Shown: piece by piece, positions 1 to 9,934 of the stretch
How the letters are laid out: every line of letters begins with the position of its first letter
Numbering within the stretch: position 1 is the stretch's first letter
Source of the DNA: Octopus sinensis
Taxonomy: Eukaryota
DNA length: 42,217 nt
NCBI RefSeq assembly: GCF_006345805.1
Contig: NW_021835133.1
Span: 1-42,217, forward strand
Direction of reading: 5' to 3'
Position numbers and translations under genes: made by a program
The notes under the pieces: model-generated
Seen by the model: only the letters and a program-made list of their open reading frames with translations
Databases searched by the model: none
What the model was told of the DNA's origin: nothing

Positions 1-59
1 AATCCATTCTTGTTGCTTTTTTTCCTATATAATTATATATATATATAGTAATTAACAAA

Positions 60-250
60 AAAAGCGAAAGAAAAGACAGTAAAAAAACAACAACGCGTTG
101 TATTACTAAGTATTAATAAGTAAGACGCTCAGGGAAGGGGAAAGAAAGGGTGTTTTACGTGTTCGAGCAAAGCTCTTCTTCAGAAAAGGAGACAGAGAAA
201 AAGTCCAAAAGAAAGTGAAGACGGAGGAGAAAAATCGCCAAAAATCCATA
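60..250 (-). mobile_element. Short PLE pLTR/retrozyme-like repeat remnant (same family as 7920-8130)
   Basis: Shares ACGCTCAGG...TTTTACGT(G)TTCGAGC...GCTCTTCT..CAGAAA.GG..ACAG with 7995-8065. Carries a hammerhead-like core on the minus strand. Confidence 0.5.
153..187 (-). ncRNA. Degenerate minimal type I hammerhead ribozyme motif
   Basis: Minus strand reads UUUU CUGAAGA A GAGC-UUU-GCUC GAA(C)AC GUA AAA. CUGANGA core and 4-bp stem II are intact; GAAA is interrupted by a C. Confidence 0.5.
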
Positions 251-260
251 TGCAGTTAAT

Positions 261-443
261 GGTGGAATATATATATATATATATATATATATAGATATAG
301 CATATATATATATATATATAGATATATATATATGTATATATGTATTATGTGTGTATGTGTGTATATATGTATGTATGTATGCATGCATGTATGTAGTATG
401 TATGTATGTATGTATGGTGTGTGTATGTATGTCTGTCTTTCTG

Positions 444-479
<36 letters not shown>

Positions 480-480
480 C
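261..480. repeat. Compound microsatellite (TA)n/(TATG)n/(TCTA)n
   Basis: Directly visible tandem units; explains ORFs 155..388 and 332..619. Confidence 0.95.
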
Positions 481-974
481 CTATATCATACTTAAAGATG
501 TGTTAAAGAATTTTCGTTTCCGTTTCATTGGTAATGTGTGTGTGTATATATATATCTCTTATTATAAAAGGCAGATTTTATCTGCCTCCCTTTGGGAGTT
601 ATACAAATCTACAATATAGCATTTCTTCAATTACAATTTACCTAGCATTTTTAAGAGTACAATGCATCGCGTCATGCCAGGTCCAGTTTTTAAAATTTAA
701 ACTCCAATTAAGCAAAATTTACAGAAAACTCACATTCTGGTGTGTGTGTCAAATGCTTTTCTTAGTCTGGTTTACCACCACACGCAAACGCACACACACA
801 GTGGGCAACGAATAAAATGAAAGTAAATAGCGAAGAGGATTTGAGGAAGACTAAAGTGAAAGTATTCTGTCTATGACACTGATAGATACATGAGTAAAAT
901 GTATGGGAGCTAAGAACTAAGAGTGAGTGAAAATGTTCTTGGAAGAGAGTAATTAGTAATAAAGTAAAATACAC

Positions 975-1160
975 TCATACATACATACATACATACATAC
1001 ATACATACATACATACATACATACATACATACACACGCACACACATACACACACACATACATACACACACACATACATACATACACAATACATACATACA
1101 TACATATACATACATACATACATATACATACACATACACACACACACATACACACACACA
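975..1160. repeat. (CATA)n/(CA)n microsatellite
   Basis: Directly visible. Confidence 0.95.
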
Positions 1161-1289
1161 GTATTGAAGCTTGAGAACAATCAGATACATTTGCAACACA
1201 TCTGTTGAAAATATTATTGTTCACACACATACATATACATATATACATACATACAGACAGACAGATAGACACACACACACACACACATG

Positions 1290-1335
1290 ATCCAGCATGG
1301 CCACAACCTCAAGGCTGAAACATATAAAAGAATAA
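1290..1335 (+). mobile_element. 3' tail fragment of SINE family B
   Basis: CCAGCATGGCCAC...CTGAAAC..ATAAAAGAATA matches the 3' ends at 7829-7868 and 41196-41236. Confidence 0.55.
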
Positions 1336-1339
1336 CAGA

Positions 1340-1712
1340 ATATAAATGTGTGCAAAGTACAAGAAATATTAATGCAGTATATGGGGATTGGAAAATAAGC
1401 GTAAGGCAGTGTCAATGGTGGTTCCAGAAATCCCGAGCCATAAACTACAGCCTAGAAGACGAGCCTCATCCTGAAAGATCTGTAGAACTCGACAAGGACA
1501 TCCTGAAAACCCTGGTGGAACAAAATATCATCGTAACTGTTGAGGAACTAGCAGAGAAGCTTGGATTTGGTCATTCAACCATTCATTGACACCTGTGTGC
1601 TATCGGAAAAGTCAGCAAATTGGGTCAATGGGTTCCTCACGAACTTTCCGAGTCTAATTGCATGCAGAGAGTGAATGTATGCTTTTCTTTGCTGTAACAT
1701 CTCACCACTACT
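1340..1712 (+). mobile_element. mariner transposase N-terminal fragment (pseudogene)
   Basis: Translation RNINAVYG..SVRQCQWWFQK..SLEDEPHPERSVELD..TVEELAEKLGFGHSTIH*..KLGQWVPHEL gives the mariner bipartite HTH and WVPHEL motif, with internal stops. Confidence 0.85.
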
Positions 1713-1724
1713 GCGCTATGTATA

Positions 1725-2362
1725 TCTATATATATATAAAACTGTAGTTGTGTGAGTGTCTGTCCCCTTCGATTTAGATTCCTAACTACTCCCACATTTT
1801 GCGGTACAGTTTAACCAAATTCGGGTAGCTTATAGTCGTGATTCATATCGAGCCCGTCTGAATATTAGCGCGCGTCTAAGATGAGTCTACGATTTTAAAA
1901 ATAATTTAACATCATTTTTTATTCCATTTTAATGCATAATTTTTCGTGTGTCGATGGTGGCGGAGTTGGCGTCCACGCTCACACCTGCACCTGTGGGGAA
2001 GGGAGTGTAAGGAAATCAACGTCGTAATGCGTTGTCAAGGAGACCAGTGTTCTTTTAGAACAACGACTTCATGGCTTGAAGACACCAAAACAGAAATGGC
2101 TAAGAAAGCGTCTACATGAGTCTACGATTTAAAAAAAAATTTACCATCGTTTTTTTTTCCATTTTAATGCATTTTTTCGCTATTATATAAGGGAAGTAAC
2201 TCTCTAAAATGTCTACGATGAGTCAACGATTTAAAAAAAAAATTACCATCATATTTTTTCCATTTTAATGCATTTTTTGCTATTTTTTGGCTATAACTCT
2301 CTAAAAATGCTTATATAGTTATTTCCCTTACAAACCCAAGCAACGCCGGGCGATACTGCTAG
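1725..2362 (+). mobile_element. Non-autonomous Helitron-like element, family H1 (long variant)
   Basis: 5' TC, 3' CTAG preceded by GC hairpin CCC(A)AGCAACGCCGGG, inserted between A and T with no TSD. Homologous to 26480-26865 and 34742-35138. Confidence 0.8.
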
Positions 2363-2682
<320 letters not shown>

Positions 2683-3164
2683 ATTAGGTATTACTTATTA
2701 TATGTAATTAGCAATAACAATGACCGTAGCAACACCAAAAACAGGAAGTAGTGTTGCTTTCTCCTTTCTCAAAGTTGCATGGCCACGCTGAATCCATTGA
2801 ACAAAAAATGTTTCACTCGCAATTATGAATGTTCTAAACATGACATAAACAATGTAAAAATTCTGCAATACAACATCAGTGGCTCCAAAAATACTCTTTT
2901 GGAATTAGTGGTCGCTCACCAGTTAGAAATAGCATTTCAAACCCTTCTAAACTCAATACTTTGGCTTACAATATAGAAAATACATTCATAATGTCGTCTT
3001 ACGATAAAAAAAAAACAAAACAACAAAAAAAAAACGGGGTGGTCACATCTGAAATGCCTTTGATCATAAATTAAGAACAGCTATGACATCACAAACATAA
3101 AAGATTCTTTTCATCACACGACAATCTTGTAGCAAGAATGAGCCAGACAAAATCTAGACACTCG

Positions 3165-3168
3165 CACG

Positions 3169-3253
<85 letters not shown>

Positions 3254-3300
3254 GCATACACACACGCGCATACACACACACACACACACATACACACACA
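3165..3300. repeat. (CA)n microsatellite
   Basis: Directly visible. Confidence 0.95.
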
Positions 3301-4260
3301 CGTACCTTATACCTTGAAATACTTAGACCCTGGAGGAGTTTACTCACCAAAATCTACAATTCTTCGGACATACGCTTGGGTAAATCTGGAACTTGGCTAA
3401 AATTGTAACAAGCCTAATGATCAACAAAAATCCGAGTGACATAACATCATACAAACACAGCGACTATCTATGTGCACTTAAAAATTTCTAAAAAAGGCCA
3501 ATCCTTGATGTCTATAACCTGCGCATATCCCTCTCCCAACCACAATACAGATTTAAACTATTAAACTTAACCATATTACTAGTAATCTAAAAAAAAAAAA
3601 AAAAAACAAGATGGCTTCAACAGTGCAAATAAAGCCTCTGTCCGGCACACACCATTCTAACTACTGCCGACATTAAGAAATCTTTCGACCCCTTTCTTTG
3701 TATTCTATTCATACAAAACAATACCCGATACCATTAAAACAAACAATACAATCGGTGGTTTAAAAACTGCCAGTGAAGTAGCCACGTCTATGTAGTGTAC
3801 AAGAATTATACTTTTAAAAGTTGCCACTTCCCGAATAGAATACCTCATGGACCCATTAACGCAATCTACTCTTTTCAACCTATATCTATGAGTTTCTCCG
3901 CATATCCTTAAAATATACAGACAACCTCATACACATACAACATCAAGTTCACATCCGATGGGCGATGATAATCTTGTCTGGATCCCTTCTTTCTACGCTA
4001 AACCCCGATCACGTAAAACAAACAAACAAACAAACAAACAAAACAAGCAAGAAACAAAAAAGAAAAAAAAAAGGCGCATTGCGCATCATACGAAGCTGTT
4101 TACAAACTATACACCTGCTTAATGAACAAATTAACTACAATTGAAAGACCACAAGAATATGAGAAGAGTGTTGTCTTTTGATGCTGCATGTTTCAACTTT
4201 CACTGACCGATACACAACATGAGGAAAAAAAGCCCTTTTAAGCACTCATACATATATACA

Positions 4261-4597
4261 GTGAAGGCACATGGCTCAGTGGTTAGAGCGTAGAGCTTAC
4301 GATCGTGAGGTTGTGAGTTCGATTCCCGGACCGGGCTACGTGTTGTGTTCTTGAGCAAGACACTTTATTTCACGTTGCTCCAGTTAACTCAGCTGTAGAA
4401 ATGAGTTGCGACGTCATTGGTGCCAAGCTGTATCAACCTTTGCCTTTCCCTTGGATAACATCAGTGGTGTGGAGAGGGGAGGCTGGTATGCATGGGCAAC
4501 TACTAGCCTTCCACAAACAATCTTGCCCTGACTTGTGCCTCGGAGGGTAACTTTCTAGGTGCAATCCCATGGTCATTCATGACCGAAGGGGGTCTCC
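4261..4597 (+). mobile_element. tRNA-derived SINE, family C
   Basis: Pol III A box TGGCTCAGTGG and B box GAGTTCGATTCC, followed by a non-tRNA body (TGTTGTGTTCTTGAGCAAGACAC...). Confidence 0.85.
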
Positions 4598-4685
4598 ACC
4601 ACATATATACAATTACCCAGAGCACGAAAGCAAAGCATATTGAAAATACTACCGCTTTGAATCATCTCAGTCAAGAATGAGAAAC

Positions 4686-4707
4686 ACATATACACACACA
4701 CGCACAC

Positions 4708-4756
<49 letters not shown>

Positions 4757-4772
4757 TAGACACACACACACA
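4686..4772. repeat. (CA)n/(CAGA)n microsatellite
   Basis: Directly visible. Confidence 0.95.
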
Positions 4773-5158
4773 GAGCTGCACATCATCGTCAACAAATGCG
4801 GAGAAGCATCAGTTGTAGTGCCCTGGCGGAATACATTGTCCGCCTGCGCTGTGGCCACTTGCAGAATCAACGGGTATAATAAATAAGACTTAACATTGGA
4901 AAGTTTGTAATACGTCCAGAAATTGTTACACTGCATTTTATACGATTCATCATTGCTACTTGTCCGAATGTGTTGTATAGTTCTCAGCTAGAAGGTTTAA
5001 CTGGAAAGATAGATAAGTAAGTCGCGCTTAGTCGTTCCACCGGCTACCAACGTGCTTTAAGAATGCTCAGTCAGGCTAATCTGGGACTACCCAACACCGA
5101 TAACTAGGGAAGGCTAGTCTGTTGTTTTGACTAGGGACACAATAATACTAGGTTCTTC

Positions 5159-5605
5159 GGATCTTTCCGGTTTGAACGACAGTTTTTTCTAGAGGTGTCA
5201 TATGAAATTGTCACCCATAATTATGATCCTACTATCGATCTATTGCATTTCAATCTGTTTTAGGGTTAGAGTTAGTTAGGGTTAATTAGGGTTGGTTAGG
5301 GTTAGGGGTTGAGGAAGGGTATCTTTTTTTCTTCACAAATGTAAATAAACCCAATCTGTTTCTTAAACGAGGGACATATTCATGCGGCACAGAATGTTGT
5401 TTACCTCAATGGACGTCAGTGATTGGTTGAAATTGCAGAAATTGAAGAAAAACAACAACAAATATCTTACAAACTATTGAATTTTCTCAATAAAGCCAAG
5501 AGAAAAAGATGTTTTATAAACACATTCTACCAGTATACGAAGTTTAAAATGTTTTTAGTTACCTAGAAATTATGTTAAAAACTGCCGTTCAAACCGAAAA
5601 GATCC
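5159..5605. mobile_element. MITE with 29-bp TIRs and 8-bp TSD (Merlin-like) containing TTAGGG-like repeats
   Basis: Left TIR GGATCTTTCCGGTTTGAACGACAGTTTTT against right TIR (reverse complement) GGATCTTTTCGGTTTGAACGGCAGTTTTT. Identical TSD GGTTCTTC at 5151-5158 and 5606-5613. GG termini with an 8-bp TSD fit Merlin. Confidence 0.8.
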
Positions 5606-6041
5606 GGTTCTTCTCAGCAGCTGGTTCGCTAATGACCCTTATAGATCGATCATCTACAGCGTACATTGATGTAACTGATGTAATGAATGTAACTGCCGAC
5701 CCATGTCCTATACAGTGATTAAATAATGATGAGCAATAAATTATAAGCAAGCACATAACAGTTCACACTCAGTTTACATCGGGCAAAAGGAGCTCTATGA
5801 TGAAATTAGGTGGAAAAGAATGTTGTTTCAGTCACAGTGTACTATTACTTTATTTCACTAGAATTGGTAAGGGAAGGTTAACGTTGATACTAGAACAGAA
5901 TTCCAGTCTGGTTTAGGACTACGAAGACAAAAGGCTGAATGATATAAACATAAAAGTTAGCTGTTGCCCTGAAGCAACGGCTTTATTAAATTATTATTTA
6001 GCTCCAGGTCAGCGCTGATATGCAGCTGTATGATCAAGAGT

Positions 6042-6274
6042 AAGGTGGCGAGCTGGCAGACACGTTAGCGCGCCGGGCGAAATGCTTAGCAGTATTTCGT
6101 CTGCCGTTATGTTCTGAGTTCAAATTCCGCCGAGGTCGACTATGCCTTTCATCCTTTCGGGGTCGATAAATAAAGTACCAGTTTCGCACTGGGGTCGATG
6201 TAATCGACTTAATCCGTTTGTCTATCCTTGCTTGTCCTCTCTGTGTTTAGTCCCTTGTGGGCAATAAAGAAATA
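6042..6274 (+). mobile_element. tRNA-derived SINE, family A, with 15-bp TSD
   Basis: Head GGTGGCGAGCTGGCAGA, B box GAGTTCAAATTCC, central GAGGTCGACT.TGCCTTTCATCCTTTCGGGGTCGATAAA. TSD TGTATGATCAAGAGT at 6027-6041 and 6275-6289. Confidence 0.9.
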
Positions 6275-6699
6275 TGTATGATCAAGAGTGTTCACATCGT
6301 GAGCATGCGATCCTTTTTCATTAACCAATGTGTTTTCTTTTTCCGTAGACGGTAGAATTGGTCTGAATGCTATTTCTAGTAGGTAGAGTAACCGTAGAAG
6401 CTCCCACTTAGAAAAAAAAATCAGGAGTGTCATTATCTTTTATTTCATACTCTTTGTAGAGATAATATTGCATGTATAATCTAAAAATTAATTTAGTAAA
6501 GGGCAATGATTGAGTGTTTCAAGATAAAGTTATATCACATTTTGTGCAAATTATGTTATGGGTATGTAACAATATTTTATTCAAACTCTTTATGAACAAA
6601 ATTAGATTTCCTGAGTATAGCAATGTTAGTTATAAAAAAACCTTTACTTATATGTTTCTTTATCAATAACAACAATACGAGTTCTGTATTCCAATATCC

Positions 6700-7310
6700 G
6701 TTCAGACTACTTGAGATTGTTTGTTTTCTTTTTAACGTTTTTGACTACACCACTTGAATTCCATGAATTTGCTACACATTTTAATGAAGATTAGGGAAGA
6801 TTTATCACGAAGGCATTTGTAATCTTTCTGCTGTAATTACTCACAAATTGGGTCATATTCCATATCTCTTTTTCACACTAAGTAAACATTTGTTTAATTC
6901 CACTAAAAGGGATTGAACTTGTGCAGCTACCTGAAGGATTTCATTTCCCTTCCTCAAATCTTTGGAACAACCAGTCCCTGAACACGCCTGTATTAACCTC
7001 TTTCACGTTTTTCCCTACCTGTTCACAATGTAACATTTTAAAAATGTTATTTACTTATACAGAAGTACGTAGCAACCGCTAAACATTGGATTAATAATTC
7101 TTTAAGATAAAATATTTTTCAATATATACGATGTTTCTACTTTCATTCCTCACGTAGGTCTTATCAGCTGTTGGTAGATTTCCCCCTGTCTATTAACTTT
7201 TTCAATGCACTTGTTTGAAAGCAGGACAAGTTGGACAGATGCGGTTGATATCGTTCTTTAAGTTCTACAAGTTGGTACTTGCAGGAAAAACGTGGCAAGA
7301 GAAAGAATTT
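6700..7310 (-). pseudogene. Possible very old integrase (Gypsy/Ginger-like) remnant
   Basis: Frameshifted minus-strand peptides DINRICPTCPAFK and KEVNTGVFRDWLFQRF..EIL resemble the integrase Zn-binding and core regions; heavily decayed. Confidence 0.25.
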
Positions 7311-7490
7311 CAGATGGATGATCTCCTGGGAAAGAAAGATTAGGCGAGGTCGCAGTAAGTAGCAAAATACTAGTAGCTGTGTGTGTATGTGAGTGTGTAG
7401 GTGTGTGTGAATGTGCGTTTGTATGTGTGTGTTTACTATTATATATGCATTTTAGTACAGATATTTCTTTTCTTTAAAATTATTCTAATC

Positions 7491-7868
7491 AGCAGGAGTG
7501 ATTGTGCTTACCAACCACATGGTTCCGGGTTAAGTCCCATTGCATGGCACCTTGGGCAAATGTCTTCTATTATAGCCACGGGCCGACCAAAGCCTTGTGA
7601 GTGGATTTGGTAGACGGAAACTGAAAGAAGCCTGTCGTATATATGTATATGTATATATATGTGTGTGTTTGTGTGTCTGTGTTTGTGCCCCCAACATCGC
7701 TTGACAACCGATGGTGGTGTGTTTACGTCCCCGTAACTTAGCGGTTCGGCAAAAGAGACCGATAGAATAAGTACTAGGGTTACAAAGAATAAGTCCTATG
7801 GTCGATTTGCTCGACTAAAGGCGGTGCTCCAGCATGGCCGCAGTCAAATGACTGAAACAAGTAAAAGA
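7491..7868 (+). mobile_element. tRNA-derived SINE, family B (small deletion in head)
   Basis: CTTACCAACCACATGGTTCCGGGTT..GTCCC head, internal (TA)/(TG) tract, 3' GGCGGTGCTCCAGCATGGCCGCAGTCAAATGACTGAAAC. Collinear with 40830-41236. Confidence 0.9.
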
Positions 7869-7919
7869 GTATACGTATAGACATGCATGCATACAAAATA
7901 CATGTGTGCATGTATGTAT

Positions 7920-8130
7920 TTATATAGGGAAAGTTTACGAAAAAAACAACAAAAGACGAAGACAGGTGGTGTACAAAACAAACAGATGTATTAGTATAAC
8001 GCTCAGGAATAGAAAAAGTCTTTTACGTTTCGAGCCTACGCTCTTCTACAGAAAGGGACACAGGAAAGAAGGAGAGAAACAAGGAGAGAGAAAAAATGTG
8101 TGTAGTGGCTAACGATCTATCATGGCGTTT
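7920..8130 (-). mobile_element. Short PLE pLTR/retrozyme-like repeat remnant
   Basis: Homologous to 60-250; contains a hammerhead-like core at 8020-8055. Confidence 0.5.
8020..8055 (-). ncRNA. Minimal type I hammerhead ribozyme motif (core variant)
   Basis: Minus strand reads CUUU CUGUAGA A GAGC-GUAG-GCUC GAAAC GUA AAAG. Stem I is 4 bp, stem II 4 bp, GAAA and the GUA cleavage triplet are intact; the core is CUGUAGA instead of CUGANGA. Confidence 0.6.
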
Positions 8131-8340
8131 GTATATATATAATTATATATATGTATATAGATATATGTTTATGTTGCCCTTTATGCTAAGTTATAATAAA
8201 ATGCGATAATAATGCTAAGTCATAATAAAAAAAAATTAACAAGATTGAAGGATTACTCAATGCTTTTTGTAGAGTATATTTATTAATCTTTAACTGGAAT
8301 AGTATTGATAGTAACTTCGCAGTTTCGGCCAGCTATATAT

Positions 8341-8394
<54 letters not shown>

Positions 8395-8401
<7 letters not shown>

Positions 8402-8728
8402 TTAGAGACAGTAGTCCCCTTCATCACACCATATAAAAGAATTTTAATTTAATATTTTCTACTCATTTCTCAGCTACACGTGTTTCTTAAAGGTTCTTTT
8501 ACGGTTCCTTAAGCACGCAGTGTTTTACAGGAACCTTTCATAAAATGTAACCCCAGTCATCAGGCCTCGGGGTTACATTTTAAGAAAGGTTCCTGTAAAA
8601 CACTGCGTGCCTAAGGAACCGTAAAAGAACCTCAAGAAACACGTGTAACTGAGAAATGAGTAGTAAGTATTAAATCAAAATTCTTTTATATGGTGTGATG
8701 AAGGGAACTACTATCTCTAGATAACATG
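8395..8728. mobile_element. Fold-back (fully palindromic) MITE with TA target
   Basis: About 160-bp arms are near-perfect reverse complements around the loop AGTCATCAGGCCTC. Flanked by TA at 8393-8394 and 8729-8730. Confidence 0.85.
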
Positions 8729-8935
8729 TATATTTCCGCATTGAGAATAATTTGAACCCTTGTGATGCCGGAATTTTTATTCCCTAATAAATAAGATAAA
8801 ATAATATATAATATATATATATGTATATATATATACATACATACATACATATATACATACATAAATGTGTGTGTGTGTGAGTATGTGTGTGTGTGTGTGT
8901 GTGTGCGTTTATGTGCATACACTTTATTATCATTA

Positions 8936-9270
8936 TTTTATTCTTTTATTTGTTTCAGTCATTTGACTGCGGCCATGCTAGAGCACCGCCTCCAGTCGAA
9001 CACATCGACCCCAGGATATATTCTTTGTAAACCTAGTACTTATTCTATCGGCCTCTTTTGCCGAACCGCTAAGTTACAAGGACGTAAACACACCAGCATC
9101 GGGTGTCAAATGATAGTGAGGGACAAACCAAGACACAGAAACATATATACACACACACACATTTAACGACGGGCTTCTTTCAGTTTCCTTCTACCAAATC
9201 CATTCACAAGCCTTTGATCGGTCCGTGGCTATTAGTAGAAGATGCTTGCCCAATGCATTTCATTACAAAT
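8936..9270 (-). mobile_element. SINE family B, 5'-truncated
   Basis: Reverse complement of the 7491-7868 body and tail. Confidence 0.85.
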
Positions 9271-9304
9271 ATTTAAAAAAAAAAATTATTTTAAATCGGC
9301 AGAA

Positions 9305-9930
9305 AACTTCAAAAGTGATTCAAGAGCCAAGAGTTTCGCGCATGACACAATCAAAGATATACTTCTTTGAAGACAGTTTGGAGATCCTTTTTCTAACACA
9401 CACCACTGGGTTTTTGAATACTACGGTTAGATGACAGGAAGTTATGTTAATACATAACTGTCTCTCGTTTGATTTCTGGAAAAGTTTTGTAGGAACCGGT
9501 GTCTAGGCTCGACGTCACATCCACGAAATTAACTACTTTCATCTGAGTCTCTAATGTGATTTTGAGCCCAATGAAGTGAGGTCACGAGTTAGGTTCTTCT
9601 TAAGCCTGTAAATTGATCGGCCGTTCACTCCTCTCGATAACACCCAGGTATCATCCCTATATAAACCAAAGTTAGTTGAGGGGAATTTTCATCTACACTT
9701 ATCAAGAATAAAAATGCCCGTAAGATTACGCACATTAGTAATGTCAAATGCTCCCATTACTACATCGAAGGAACCTTCTAGGTCAGTCTGGTCGAACCCT
9801 TGTTAAATAGGAATGTTTTACTGGCATGCATGGTAGTGCCCATGTCTCTGTCGCTAATATCAGTATAAGCATTAGCAAAGTCTAGTGCCATATGCAATAA
9901 ATTCCTCGATATAAACTTAGATACGTTTCT
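9305..9930 (-). pseudogene. Penelope-like RT, C-terminal half (degraded)
   Basis: Minus strand gives SRNLLHMALDFA, FDVVMGAFD, FGLYRDD, KVVNFVDVT and RISKLSSK..IFD, in the same motif order as the PLE at 36.5-37.2 kb. Confidence 0.8.
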
Positions 9931-9934
9931 ACCA

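Noticed and set aside
3348-3396. 49-nt minus-strand exon candidate (TTTTAG|...|GTGAGT) and other ACTCAC donor-like sites near 727, 13650, 14008 and 20729
   Set aside because: Several GTGAGT hexamers are expected by chance in 42 kb, and no recognisable peptide or consistent frame links them.
4261-4335. tRNA gene (also 21560-21633, 6042-6130, 40830-40900)
   Set aside because: A and B boxes are present but there is no complete cloverleaf or T-run terminator; each continues into a SINE body.
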